Shown: piece by piece, positions 1 through 10,062 of the stretch
Numbering within the stretch: position 1 is the stretch's first letter
How the letters are laid out: the number at the start of each line of letters is the position of its first letter
Assembly: GCA_964422585.1 (NCBI GenBank)
Contig: CAYRBH010000003.1
Span: forward strand, 11,397-75,396
DNA from: an uncultured Gammaproteobacteria bacterium
Lineage (GTDB): Bacteria > Patescibacteriota > Patescibacteriia > UBA1558 > 2-01-FULL-52-15
Direction: 5' to 3'
DNA length: 64,000 nucleotides
Program-made: the position numbers and the translations under genes
Notes under the pieces: generated by a model
What the model saw: the letters and a program-made list of their open reading frames with translations, nothing else
Database searches by the model: none
What the model was told of the DNA's origin: nothing

Positions 1-1779
1 AGTTATCAAACATTGAATTTCAGTGGTAGCGGTACAAAGACCTGTGCGCTTGTCGGCGGCACGAATAGCGTCCAAGACGTGAACATTTCAGGTACAGCCA
101 ACTGGACCTTGTCTGCAGCGACGACCATCTCGGGCAACCTCTCCATCGGTACCGGCTCTACGCTTACCAAGAACGCCGCGAACGCTATCACGGTGACTGG
201 CACTACGTCAGTGACAGGGACTTTGACCGCGACGACTGTCACCACTGGATCGCTCACCTTTATCGGAGGAGTCACGGTGAATAGCGGCGGTACCTGGACG
301 TTCTCAGTGGCTATGCCGGCTACGTTCCGTGGAGGGCTCGCGAATAATAGCTCGAATACCTTTACGAGCGGTTCTGGCACCTATACTTTTGATACGAATG
401 CGCAGAGCCTCGGTGGCAGCAATGCATTCACGATCACTGCACTGACGAATAATGTTACTTCAGGCACGGGCTTGAGTATCACCAGTACTGCGCCGACGGT
501 CACGACACTGACACAAGGCAGTAGTGCACAGTTGACATTCAGCGGCAGCATGCCGACTATCACGACATTAACTGCGACGGCATCAGGTAATACGGTGAGT
601 TATACGAATACTTCAGCAGGTCAAACGGTGATCGGCACGACCTATGTTAATCTGACTATCGATGATTCTGGGCAAACCGCAACACTGGGGAATAGTACTA
701 CCATCAATGGTAATCTGCTTATCAATTCCGGTACGCTTGATGTATCCAGCAGTTCAAATTTTCCACTCGTCGTGAAAGGCAACTGGACCAATAATGGAAC
801 CTTCAACGCGGAAAATGGTTTAGTAACCTTGAGCGGCGCTGCGCAGCAGACCTTGTCCGGAACAATGACCAGCAGTTCCGCGTTCTATGACCTCAGCATT
901 ACAAATGTCAGTGGAACCAATGATCCTGGCTGCGGCACGTCATTTACGCCAGGTGTTATTTTTGCGACTGACGCAACATCCACGCATATCTATACTATTA
1001 CGACGGCATCGGTCTTTATACAGTATCATTCAGGATCAACGTACACGTTTACGAATATCAATTGGAACGGTCAAGCCTCGGGAACGAAAGTGTATTTTAG
1101 AAATTCGAGCCTCTCATCAGGTACCTGGCTTCTGAATGTGTCTGGTACGCAAACCTCGGTCGCCTATGTGAACGTTGCCAGGTCAGATGCTACTCCTGGT
1201 AATGATATTCTATCCGACAATAATCTGAACACTGATTGTAACAATAATACTGCCTGGAGCTGGCCATCAGGAGCTTTCAGTCTCACCGCCTCTACTACTA
1301 ATAGTTTCGATGCGGCTTTGAATGTCCTGTTCACCAGCCAAACGTCAACCATGACCAGCATAGGCGCTTTAGAGGTCGTGGATGATCGTAACACATCACC
1401 AGGCTGGACTCTAGCCATTGCTGGTCAGGACTGGGCGCAGTTAAATTTTGGTGGCGCTGGTGAACATCCTAATCAACTCGACTATAATGGTTCTGGTTCT
1501 GATGGAAATTTGGGCAAGATGTGCCCGAAGCCGAACAATGGGACCTTGTACGCAGAATTTGGTCCGCTCACTGGTGTGAATAAAGGTACTAATCAATGCT
1601 TCAGTGCCGGTGTGAGCTCTATTACGGTGCTGAGCGCCACAGTTGGGAATGGTCATGGTCGGTACTGGCTGACCGATATGCCGGCAGAGCAATTCTTCCC
1701 GTCGAGTCCCACGGCTGAGAGCTATACAACGACCATTACCTTTACCCTGAGCGCTCTTTTCAGGGCATTTTCGGTCTGA
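1..1779 (+). CDS. Large Ser/Thr/Gly-rich surface protein, 5'-truncated; beta-helix-like repeats and a C-terminal WxL-like domain
   Basis: Frame is open from base 1 (SYQTLNFSGSGTKT...). Repeats such as TISGNLSIGTG and TINGNLLINSG. C-terminus has VVDDRNTSPGWTL and ESYTTTITFTL, resembling WxL-domain motifs. Confidence 0.7.
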   Translation, partial: SYQTLNFSGSGTKTCALVGGTNSVQDVNISGTANWTLSAATTISGNLSIGTGSTLTKNAANAITVTGTTSVTGTLTATTVTTGSLTFIGGVTVNSGGTWTFSVAMPATFRGGLANNSSNTFTSGSGTYTFDTNAQSLGGSNAFTITALTNNVTSGTGLSITSTAPTVTTLTQGSSAQLTFSGSMPTITTLTATASGNTVSYTNTSAGQTVIGTTYVNLTIDDSGQTATLGNSTTINGNLLINSGTLDVSSSSNFPLVVKGNWTNNGTFNAENGLVTLSGAAQQTLSGTMTSSSAFYDLSITNVSGTNDPGCGTSFTPGVIFATDATSTHIYTITTASVFIQYHSGSTYTFTNINWNGQASGTKVYFRNSSLSSGTWLLNVSGTQTSVAYVNVARSDATPGNDILSDNNLNTDCNNNTAWSWPSGAFSLTASTTNSFDAALNVLFTSQTSTMTSIGALEVVDDRNTSPGWTLAIAGQDWAQLNFGGAGEHPNQLDYNGSGSDGNLGKMCPKPNNGTLYAEFGPLTGVNKGTNQCFSAGVSSITVLSATVGNGHGRYWLTDMPAEQFFPSSPTAESYTTTITFTLSALFRAFSV

Positions 1780-1821
1780 GTAGTTCTTAAACGAGCCGAA
1801 AAGCGCTATACTATAGGCACT

Positions 1822-3048
1822 ATGCAGCAGCCTTCGCCGCAGCATCAGCGGAAAAAGCGTTTTCATACCTTGTTATTCAGAGGTTCGCTTTTCGTTATGC
1901 TGCTCAGCACCGCTGGACTACTTTTTTTCATGAATGTGTCTGACGCAGCCAATGCGAATATCAGCTTCTTCTTGCGTATTGGTGATCCACCGGCAGTTAT
2001 TGAATCGCATCCACCAGTGCCTATTCTCGGTGGTGGCGAGACGGAGGGCGGCAGACTTGCCTATTTGGTACAACCTACTACTCCTACGCCACCGAGCGAT
2101 ATTCCGCCAACCCTGTCACCAGCAGAGGTGACTATCAATTTGGTTTCAGACGGCGCCGTGCCTGATGGCGGATCGGTGTCGCGCGATACCGCGCAGAGCG
2201 CGATACCGCAGATAACCATTGTGCGTCCGACATTCAGAGGCACAGTCGGTGTTGCTGGCGCATTGCTATTCCTTGAGTTGCATTCAACTACGATTACAGC
2301 AAGCTTCAATGCTGGCGAAGACGGATCATGGGATTGGACGCCGCCGCGCGACCTCGATCCTGGCTCGCACATTTTGTATATAACGGTATTTGATCCAACT
2401 GGTAAGGTAAAGATAGGTAGTGGATCGTTGCAATTCGATATCATCTCACCAGTGGCGAAAGGAACTTCACAGCCAACAAATACGCAGCAATCTCGTACTG
2501 ATGTTGCTATTCCGCCCTCACTCGTGGCTCAGCGTAAGGTATTGTTTGATATTCGAGTCAATGTATTAGGTACTACTTCTAAAAGCGTACAGCCTGGTGA
2601 TAGTATCCTTGCTCAGGTTTCATTGCTGAACATCGGATCGCCTGGTTACATTGTGGACGCCCTCGTTCATTATCAGATAATCAATGATGCTAGTAATAGA
2701 GTGTTGTATGAGGAATCGGAAACCATCGGCGTTTCGACGCAGACGTCCTATCTGAAGAGTTTCAGCACGAAATCAACGATACCTCCTGGTAAGTATCGGC
2801 TCGAAGCGAGTGTCACCTATGGCGATACGGAGGCATATTCGGATGATCAGTTCACTATCTCGGGGGTTCCGGTTATTGCAACGACGAGTCATACAGATAT
2901 GAATGTTTCCACATTCGTCGAAGTACTCGTCATTGTCTTGGCGATAGCGCTTCTGATCATGTATACCGAGTACCATACGATGGATGTGCTGCAGGGAGTG
3001 CTGCGACAGGTCAGTGAGAAGGATCTCAAAAAGAACGGTTTGATATAA
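1822..3048 (+). CDS. Membrane-anchored Ig-like-domain surface protein (N-terminal signal/TM, C-terminal TM and tail)
   Basis: Hydrophobic N-terminus; Big-like domain (PTFRGT...DGSWDWTPPRDLDPGSHILYI); second Ig-like domain (IPPGKYRLEA); C-terminal TM followed by MYTEY...DLKKNGLI. Confidence 0.75.
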   Translation: MQQPSPQHQRKKRFHTLLFRGSLFVMLLSTAGLLFFMNVSDAANANISFFLRIGDPPAVIESHPPVPILGGGETEGGRLAYLVQPTTPTPPSDIPPTLSPAEVTINLVSDGAVPDGGSVSRDTAQSAIPQITIVRPTFRGTVGVAGALLFLELHSTTITASFNAGEDGSWDWTPPRDLDPGSHILYITVFDPTGKVKIGSGSLQFDIISPVAKGTSQPTNTQQSRTDVAIPPSLVAQRKVLFDIRVNVLGTTSKSVQPGDSILAQVSLLNIGSPGYIVDALVHYQIINDASNRVLYEESETIGVSTQTSYLKSFSTKSTIPPGKYRLEASVTYGDTEAYSDDQFTISGVPVIATTSHTDMNVSTFVEVLVIVLAIALLIMYTEYHTMDVLQGVLRQVSEKDLKKNGLI

Positions 3049-3063
3049 TTAATAGACTCGTCT

Positions 3064-3378
3064 ATGGACACATCGATCACATTTATCAGCCCGGGGCTCA
3101 TCTATGAGCTTGCGGCATTCGGTCTTTCCATCATCGTGCTCATTATGTATGTGCGCATTATCGTGCGCGTTGAGGGGCAGCTCGATACGTATTTCAAAGT
3201 CTCTGCGCTCGCATTCTTTTTTCTGACCATCCGACAGCTTGTCGTGGTAGCGATCCGTGTTGGTATTATACAGCAGGTGGAATGGGTCTCATTACCCAGT
3301 GTACTATTCCTGGTCACTATCATCATCTCGCTGTTTATCATGGGTAAGTTATTGAACTCGATGAATCGCCAGAAATAG
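3064..3378 (+). CDS. Small 3-TM membrane protein, paralog of 5110..5454
   Basis: Three hydrophobic segments; loop motif IIVRVEGQLDTYFK; 15 nt after the upstream stop. Confidence 0.75.
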   Translation: MDTSITFISPGLIYELAAFGLSIIVLIMYVRIIVRVEGQLDTYFKVSALAFFFLTIRQLVVVAIRVGIIQQVEWVSLPSVLFLVTIIISLFIMGKLLNSMNRQK

Positions 3379-3415
3379 AAGGTTACTGTTATTCTGACAC
3401 TTCTTCTTTACACGG

Positions 3416-5098
3416 ATGCCAGCGTTACAACAACAGCATAGGAGAACAAGCACCCTGACCAGGCGTTTTCGTATCATGAGGAGCTACGCATATTTGTGCG
3501 GAGTGCTTTTGGTTGTGCTCAGCATTGCGTATGTGTTCATGTTTGGAGTACATCATAGTAGGGCAGCAGAGACATTGGCATGCATGCGTATTTGCGAGAT
3601 GGGAGTGAGCCCTTGTCTCCCGACATCCTGCGCTCTAGCGCCAACGGTCATCACATCCCTGGCTACGCTCATTACTACATCGAGCGCGCTGGGGCATGGC
3701 ACAGTGCTGAGCGATGGGGGTGGTGCTATCATTGAGCGCGGCATTGTCGTGGCCACTACGACCGATCCGACGGTGAATGACCATGCTTTCGCGGCTACGA
3801 CAACGAGCACGGGCCCCTTCTCGGTATCCATCACGGGATTATCGCAGGCTACGAACTACTTCGCCCGAGCGTATGCTACCAATGTGGCGGCTACAGGCTA
3901 TGGAACGACAACTAGCTTTACAACACTGGGGGAAGGAACACCAACACCCCCGCCAGCGGTACCGCCTGCGCAGACTAGTGGTGGCGGGGGAGGGGGAACG
4001 ACTCCGCCAAGCACGCCGCAGTCTCCGTCAGAGCCCACGCCTCTACCTCCTGCGCTGCCAAACACCAGTACAGCAGATAATAGCCCGCTCGTCGTGACAC
4101 CCGAGCAGTCTGGAATGCTGACCGCGGATACTCCAGCAGGGAAGGTCTTTGTTGAAGTTCCGCCAAACGCAGTACTCAGCGATACCACATTTACCGTTAT
4201 TCCTAATCCATCAAGCGATACGACCGCGTATCTGGTGCCGGCGACGACGCAGCTGGTCAACGAAGTCTTCTATGATATTTCGGCTCAGGATGCATATGGT
4301 AATGCGATCCACTCCTTCGCTCATCCGATTACCATCACCTTGCCAATCCCAGCGGGGCTTATTCAGTCGAAGAACTTGCGGGTCTACTGGCTTGATACAG
4401 CGAATGCCAAGTGGGTGCTTATCCCAGAGGCAACTTTTTCTGGCGCACAGGCTCGTTTCATCGTGGATCACTTGACTGTCTTCGCCATTTTTGAAACAGC
4501 TCGCCCTGCTGCAAGCATTCCAGTGGCTGTACCGCCTAAATCTCCTATCATCGGCGGAGTACAGCAGTCCCGACACGGGGCCGAGCATACCTATGCGGTC
4601 GATTTTAATATACTGAACTCACCTGAGGCTATAAGCCGTGATGGCTACATAAATCTGAAGACCGATATCGTCAGTCCAGTGCCTGGTAGAGCCGAGCAGG
4701 TCCATCTTACCTATACGATCTATGATATGCATGGTCTAACTGTTTTTTCGCAAGAGAAGGATGTGTTCGTCAAAGACGCGGCTACTGATTATAGCCGAGC
4801 GATGTTGAAGAATGACTTGCCGGCAGGCAGCTATAGGCTCGAGGTACAGCTTTCTCAGGGCGACCATACGGTGGTTAGTATCAAGGATTTCGAGGTGCGC
4901 TCACCGAAAGTACTCACCATACCGGTAGCAGCTATTACGCTGCAGGCTTCTCGGGCCACGATGCAGGGAGGGATTGGTACGCTCTCCCTCGCGCTAGCAT
5001 CGCTGCTCTTTTTCATGTATTGTGAATACCAAGCATCAAAGCGGGCAGCAGGACAGATCGACGATGCTGACCTTTTGCGAAGCGGCATGATCAGTTAA
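3416..5098 (+). CDS. Membrane-anchored surface protein: Fn3-like domain, Pro/Gly linker, beta-sandwich domains, C-terminal TM; paralog of 1822..3048
   Basis: Fn3-like ITGLSQATNYFARAYATN; Pro-rich linker; VDHLTVFAIF; LPAGSYRLEV; C-terminal TM followed by MYCEY...DLLRSGMIS. Confidence 0.75.
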   Translation: MPALQQQHRRTSTLTRRFRIMRSYAYLCGVLLVVLSIAYVFMFGVHHSRAAETLACMRICEMGVSPCLPTSCALAPTVITSLATLITTSSALGHGTVLSDGGGAIIERGIVVATTTDPTVNDHAFAATTTSTGPFSVSITGLSQATNYFARAYATNVAATGYGTTTSFTTLGEGTPTPPPAVPPAQTSGGGGGGTTPPSTPQSPSEPTPLPPALPNTSTADNSPLVVTPEQSGMLTADTPAGKVFVEVPPNAVLSDTTFTVIPNPSSDTTAYLVPATTQLVNEVFYDISAQDAYGNAIHSFAHPITITLPIPAGLIQSKNLRVYWLDTANAKWVLIPEATFSGAQARFIVDHLTVFAIFETARPAASIPVAVPPKSPIIGGVQQSRHGAEHTYAVDFNILNSPEAISRDGYINLKTDIVSPVPGRAEQVHLTYTIYDMHGLTVFSQEKDVFVKDAATDYSRAMLKNDLPAGSYRLEVQLSQGDHTVVSIKDFEVRSPKVLTIPVAAITLQASRATMQGGIGTLSLALASLLFFMYCEYQASKRAAGQIDDADLLRSGMIS

Positions 5099-5109
5099 GG
5101 AGGATTAGT

Positions 5110-5454
5110 ATGCGACAAACCATTGAACAATGCATTCTCTACAGCTCATTTATCTTCGTGCTGATAAGTATCGTATTCAGCAGCAGCATCGTATGGCGCT
5201 CTGAGCAACGGCTTGATGCGAGCTATAAGTTTTTCACCTTAGCGCTTCTATTCTTCGGTCTGCAACTCAGCCTTGATACCTTCACCGCTTTGTTGTCAGC
5301 TCAGGATCGCGAGACGGTACGCTTATTTTTACAATTCTTCTTTGCCTTTTTCTTACTCTTGGGTTTCTGGGAGATGCGCAGACTGGTTCGAGATCTCGAC
5401 GATGAGAAGCAGCTGCGAGCATTATCAAAAAAGACCCGAAAATCGCGTCAGTAG
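5110..5454 (+). CDS. Small 3-TM membrane protein, paralog of 3064..3378
   Basis: Three hydrophobic segments; motif IVWRSEQRLDASYK; AAGGAGG upstream. Confidence 0.75.
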   Translation: MRQTIEQCILYSSFIFVLISIVFSSSIVWRSEQRLDASYKFFTLALLFFGLQLSLDTFTALLSAQDRETVRLFLQFFFAFFLLLGFWEMRRLVRDLDDEKQLRALSKKTRKSRQ

Positions 5455-5479
5455 AGCACAGTAACCCATAGGTAGTCCT

Positions 5480-7633
5480 CTAGTGGGTTGTAGTTCCCTG
5501 CATAGCCTTCAGCGCTTTGTCGCGGACGGCCTTCAAATCCGTTGATAGTTGCTGATACTGAGGATTATCAGGCACATGCGCGATAACTCGGTCCATGAAT
5601 GCAATGATAGCACCCAGGTCGCGCGCGTCAGTGTAGGCGCTCACGAGTTTATGGATATTGGCATCAGTGTATATGGGGAAACCGAGCGCCTCGACACGAT
5701 CGAGCTCAGTATTTGCTTGCGCTTGTTCATGGCTCAGGATATAGGCTATTGCGAGGTTCCAATGCGCTTCTGCGAATTGATCGTTGAGCTCCACGGCCTG
5801 GGTTAAATATTGAATGGCGGCTGGCAGGTCGTTCTCTTCCGCTTTGATACGCCCAAGCAAGGTATAGGTTTGGTAACGTCGTGGCGCGCGCGCGAGTGCC
5901 TCGAGGGCCACTGACTCAGCATTATGGATATAGTTTGGGTCAACGCTATCTGCCGCAAGGTAGACTTCCGAGAGAAGTAAGTAGGTCTGAATGCTGCTCG
6001 CATGCACATCGATGGTTTTTTGCAGCTCAGTAACCGCGAAGGTAATGAGCGGTTGTGTAGCAGGAGTGATCCCGTAGGTATTGATAGTATCTCGGGTATA
6101 CTGTGCGAGAATGAATCGCGGCTCCTCCTCAGTCGGCGGTGAGTATTCGAAGGCTTGGGAGAAATAGCTCTGCGCTTGGTCAGGCTTGCCTTTCGATCGG
6201 ATAGCAGCTTGTACGGTATAGTAATTGGCCAGGACCGGACGGATATTCGCATAGTACAATGCGAGCAGTAGTAGTACACTGAGCGCCGGCAGCACCACTT
6301 TCAAGCTCGGGGCGGCACGATGAGAGCGTTGTTGTTTCGCTGAACGAGGCTTATGATGCTGCAAGAAGACCAGAAGCAGTATCCATACGGCATAGGAGTT
6401 CAGTGTGTCGAAGACAAAGAGGTTCTGTATGAAATACGCTATGAAAAACCAGGTTAGGGCGTATCGCTCGCCTTGCGAAAGAGCAGTCTTCTTGCTCCAG
6501 AGCATGCCTATCGTTACATACCACAGGGCGAGGTAGATGAGCAGTCCTACTATGCCGGTCGCAACAGCTACTTCCAGTACTGTGTTGTGTGCGCGATCAT
6601 ACCATGGATGCGAGCCGATATCGCGAGTCAGGGCAGGATTAAAGTAGATATTGAATGGCTCGCTGAAATTCTCCCATCCCCAACCGAAGATAGGCCGTGC
6701 GAGGAATCCCTGTAGGCCTGCGCCCCAGACGATAAAGCGGTTCTGGGTGGTGATGTCATTGGCGGATATGCTCGCGAGACGTTCAAGCGTCGGCATCTTT
6801 GTCATCCATGAGGAGTACTTGAATGACTGCAACGCGATGACGGCGCCACTAGTGAGGAGAATGAGTAACAGCGCTCCCACGGCGGCTCCCTTGAGGCGAT
6901 AACGTTTCCAGAGCATGATAGCGCAGATAAGTATGGCTGCAAGGATTGAGCCAAGTATCGCGCCGCGCGTCTGCGTTTCCCAGATGAGCAGTAGATCCAG
7001 CGCTATCAGTAGGGAAGACAAGGTCCGCCACAGTTTCGATGTGCTACGTAGCAGGACGATGACAGCGCAGGTAATGATCGCCATGAGATAGGGAGCGAGG
7101 AAGCTCGGATTGCCGATGGCGCCGCTTACACGTGTACCCGAGGTATCTATCGCAAAGCCGAGATTAAAGAGTTCCCCTAAGGCATATGCTGTTTGGAGCG
7201 TTCCGGAGATGACCATTGCTTTGAATATTTCAGTCCAGTCATCTTGGTCCCGCACGGTGGTCAGCAGCAGGACAAGCCATCCATAGAGATGCAGCCAGGT
7301 AAGCACGCCTTCACCTCGTTCGAATGAGCTCCAGAAGCTATGATGCCAGTTCGCGCCGATCGCAGAACTGAACAGCATGGCCAGGATGAAAGCTCCGAGT
7401 ACGAGCAACAGCGGGGATCTCCGCGGGCGATAGTCTTTGTTGCGTATGGCAAGGATGACCCAGCAAAAGATGCCTATCTCGATCAGGATGCGGAAGAGTA
7501 TCGTTCGGGGGAAAACGAAGGGAAAGAGCAGCTGGTCAACGATCAAGAGCGGTATGAATAAGGAGAGCAAGACGCATCCTTTGATGATGCTGAGCAGTAC
7601 TTGCTCAACGCGAGAGTTCTTAAGCATGGACAT
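5480..7633 (-). CDS. O-antigen ligase (Wzy_C/O-OTase) family protein with C-terminal TPR repeats
   Basis: Multi-TM; RVSGAIGNPSFL, TQTRGAILG, RPIFGWGWENF, YDRAHNTVLE; TPR-like C-terminus. Start moved to ATG 7633 (alternative 7627) because the longer ORF overlaps zwf. Confidence 0.85.
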   Translation of the reverse strand: MSMLKNSRVEQVLLSIIKGCVLLSLFIPLLIVDQLLFPFVFPRTILFRILIEIGIFCWVILAIRNKDYRPRRSPLLLVLGAFILAMLFSSAIGANWHHSFWSSFERGEGVLTWLHLYGWLVLLLTTVRDQDDWTEIFKAMVISGTLQTAYALGELFNLGFAIDTSGTRVSGAIGNPSFLAPYLMAIITCAVIVLLRSTSKLWRTLSSLLIALDLLLIWETQTRGAILGSILAAILICAIMLWKRYRLKGAAVGALLLILLTSGAVIALQSFKYSSWMTKMPTLERLASISANDITTQNRFIVWGAGLQGFLARPIFGWGWENFSEPFNIYFNPALTRDIGSHPWYDRAHNTVLEVAVATGIVGLLIYLALWYVTIGMLWSKKTALSQGERYALTWFFIAYFIQNLFVFDTLNSYAVWILLLVFLQHHKPRSAKQQRSHRAAPSLKVVLPALSVLLLLALYYANIRPVLANYYTVQAAIRSKGKPDQAQSYFSQAFEYSPPTEEEPRFILAQYTRDTINTYGITPATQPLITFAVTELQKTIDVHASSIQTYLLLSEVYLAADSVDPNYIHNAESVALEALARAPRRYQTYTLLGRIKAEENDLPAAIQYLTQAVELNDQFAEAHWNLAIAYILSHEQAQANTELDRVEALGFPIYTDANIHKLVSAYTDARDLGAIIAFMDRVIAHVPDNPQYQQLSTDLKAVRDKALKAMQGTTTH

Positions 7634-7686
7634 AGTATAGCAGATGTATGCCGTTTTTACATCCGAATGAGCGAAACTATTTTTGT

Positions 7687-7715
7687 TTGAAGGTGCAGAG
7701 CAATAATGGTACAAT
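7687..7715 (+). promoter_or_regulatory. sigma70-type promoter of the zwf operon
   Basis: TTGAAG (7687-7692), 17 nt spacer, TACAAT (7710-7715) with an extended TG; ATG follows 7 nt later. Confidence 0.6.
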
Positions 7716-7722
7716 AGACTCC

Positions 7723-9156
7723 ATGCCAAAGAAGAAAAAAGCAGCAACTGCAGCGCTTCTCTTGCCAGCAACGGTCTATGTGGTGGTCGGTGCTACTGGA
7801 GATCTGATGCGACGCAAATTAGTGCCCGCGTTGTATCAATTACATGTTTCAGGGGTGCTGCCTGAGAAATTCGCTATTGTTGGATTTTCACGTAAAGATT
7901 TTACTGACGCGGCATTTCGCAAAGTAGTAAGAACGTTTTTGCCGCGATCCGCTCGTACATCCATTGATTCTTTTTTGAAACGCTTTCATTATCAGCAAGG
8001 TCAATTCGATGACCCACAAGCATACAAAAAGCTTCTGCAGCATGTCGAAGTGTTTGATCGGAAATGGAAAGTCTGCGGCAGCGCGCTCTTTCATCTCGCT
8101 ATTCCGCCAGTTCTCTATGGCATGGTACTTCAGAATATTGCCAGGTCAGGTTTAACCAAGCGCTGCAGTGATGCGGAAGGTTGGTCTAGGATTTTGATTG
8201 AGAAGCCTTTCGGGAAAGACGTGAAGAGCGCTGAAAGATTGGATGAAAAACTGGCCCGACTTTTCAAGGAAGAACAAATTTGCCGGGTAGATCACTATCT
8301 CGCGAAAGAAACTTTGCAGAATATCCTGACATTCCGATTCTCGAACGCGCTGTTCGAGCCAGTGTGGAACCGTGACTATATTGAGCGCGTTGACATTACA
8401 TTGCTTGAGAATGAAGGTATTGGCACTCGCGGACAATACTATGATGAGAATGGAGCTTTGCGTGATGTCGGGCAGAATCACTTACTGCAAATGTTGGCGC
8501 TCATTGCTATGGATCATCCTGGTAAGCTTGATAGCAAACAGATACGTGCCGCGCGCGCGAAGTTGCTACGCCACGTAAAGCCATTGTCATTCTACCCGCA
8601 CGGCTCGGTCAGCAGGGGTCAGTATGAAGGCTATACGAAAGAACTGCATGTAGCGCCTAACTCGAAGACTGAAACCTATTTCAAAGTTACAGCGCATATC
8701 ATTAATAAGCGATGGCGCGGTGTTCCCTTTTATCTCGAGAGCGGTAAGGCCTTGGCCTCGAAAAAAACAGAGATTGTCATTCACTTCAAGCAATCAGCGC
8801 CATGTTGGTGTATGAAAGCGCATGATGGGCATACGCATCAAAATAAATTAGTATTTAAAGTGCAGCCCAGCGAAGGTATCGCGATACGTTTCTGGGCGAA
8901 GAAGTCGGACTTGATAGGTGATATAGAGCCGCGTATGTTTGATTTCAACTACCGCAAAGGCTCAGGACCTCAGACTGATCCGTATGCGAAATTACTCTTT
9001 GACGCGATACGCGGTGATCAGACGCTTTTTTCTAGCACTGATGAGGTTATTGCTTCATGGCATGTCGTAACGCCGCTGTTGAAGGGTTGGCAGAAATTGC
9101 CGCTTTTGAAGTATGCTCAGGGTAGCAGAGGGCCGAAGCAATCATTAACACTATAG
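7723..9156 (+). CDS. zwf: Glucose-6-phosphate 1-dehydrogenase
   Basis: GATGDL, IEKPFG, RVDHYLAKE, RDVGQNHLLQ, RWRGVPFY. Start set to ATG 7723 (MPKKKK). Confidence 0.95.
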   Translation: MPKKKKAATAALLLPATVYVVVGATGDLMRRKLVPALYQLHVSGVLPEKFAIVGFSRKDFTDAAFRKVVRTFLPRSARTSIDSFLKRFHYQQGQFDDPQAYKKLLQHVEVFDRKWKVCGSALFHLAIPPVLYGMVLQNIARSGLTKRCSDAEGWSRILIEKPFGKDVKSAERLDEKLARLFKEEQICRVDHYLAKETLQNILTFRFSNALFEPVWNRDYIERVDITLLENEGIGTRGQYYDENGALRDVGQNHLLQMLALIAMDHPGKLDSKQIRAARAKLLRHVKPLSFYPHGSVSRGQYEGYTKELHVAPNSKTETYFKVTAHIINKRWRGVPFYLESGKALASKKTEIVIHFKQSAPCWCMKAHDGHTHQNKLVFKVQPSEGIAIRFWAKKSDLIGDIEPRMFDFNYRKGSGPQTDPYAKLLFDAIRGDQTLFSSTDEVIASWHVVTPLLKGWQKLPLLKYAQGSRGPKQSLTL

Positions 9157-9160
9157 TTAT

Positions 9161-10060
9161 ATGAAGATCGGATATATAGGTCTGGGAAAGATGGGTCACA
9201 ACATGGTCGAGCGTTTGCTCGAGAAGAAGTGGGAAGTCGTCGCGTGGAATCGCAGCGAAGGACCCTTGAAGAAGGTGGTTAGCAAAGGGGCAGTAGGAGC
9301 TTTGAGTATCAAAGCGCTGGTCGGCGACTTGCCGAAGCCACGATTGATCTGGATCATGTTGCCGCACGGGACTGTAGACATGATGCTAAAGAAACTCACG
9401 CCGCTGCTCTCGCCTGGCGACACGATCATTGACGGTGGCAATTCACCCTATTTCAAAACGATCGAACGAGCGAAGCGTCTGAAGAAAAAGGGTGTGCACT
9501 ATCTTGATGCCGGAGTCTCCGGCGGACCGAGCGGCGCTCGGAAAGGGGCTTGCGTCATGGTCGGCGGTGAGAGGAGAGTGTTCACGAAGCATGAAAAGTT
9601 ATTTAAAGACATAGCCTTACCGAACGGCTATGAGTATATGGGGATGTCAGGAGCCGGACATTTCGTGAAAATGGTACACAATGGCATCGAGTATGGCATG
9701 ATGCAGGCCTTGGCAGAAGGTTTCGCGGTCATGAAGAAATCGGCATATGATCTTGACCTGCGGGCAGTGGCAGAATTATATAATCATGGTAGCGTCATAG
9801 AATCTCGCCTCGTGAAATGGATTGCGAAGGCATATAAGGAGTATGGCGTGGCTCTGAAGGGTATCTCGGGTAAGGTGGCGGCCTCAGGCGAAGGTTTATG
9901 GACCGTGCAGACAGGCAAGCGGCTGAAAGTGTCGACAGAAAATATCAAGCAGGCATTGGATTTTAGAACTGCATCACAGAAAAAGCCGAGCTACACTGGA
10001 CAAGTATTGACCGCGATGCGCAATCAGTTTGGCGGACATTCGAAGAAGGGGGATAGATAA
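9161..10060 (+). CDS. gnd: 6-phosphogluconate dehydrogenase (decarboxylating, short form)
   Basis: IGLGKMG, IDGGNS, DAGVSGG, GHFVKMVHNGIEYG, MRNQFGGH. Confidence 0.95.
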   Translation: MKIGYIGLGKMGHNMVERLLEKKWEVVAWNRSEGPLKKVVSKGAVGALSIKALVGDLPKPRLIWIMLPHGTVDMMLKKLTPLLSPGDTIIDGGNSPYFKTIERAKRLKKKGVHYLDAGVSGGPSGARKGACVMVGGERRVFTKHEKLFKDIALPNGYEYMGMSGAGHFVKMVHNGIEYGMMQALAEGFAVMKKSAYDLDLRAVAELYNHGSVIESRLVKWIAKAYKEYGVALKGISGKVAASGEGLWTVQTGKRLKVSTENIKQALDFRTASQKKPSYTGQVLTAMRNQFGGHSKKGDR

Positions 10061-10062
10061 TC

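Noticed and set aside
7634-7771. Apparent head-to-head overlap of zwf and the O-ligase ORF
   Set aside because: Artefact of longest-ORF starts; the likely starts at 7723 and 7633/7627 leave a divergent promoter region.
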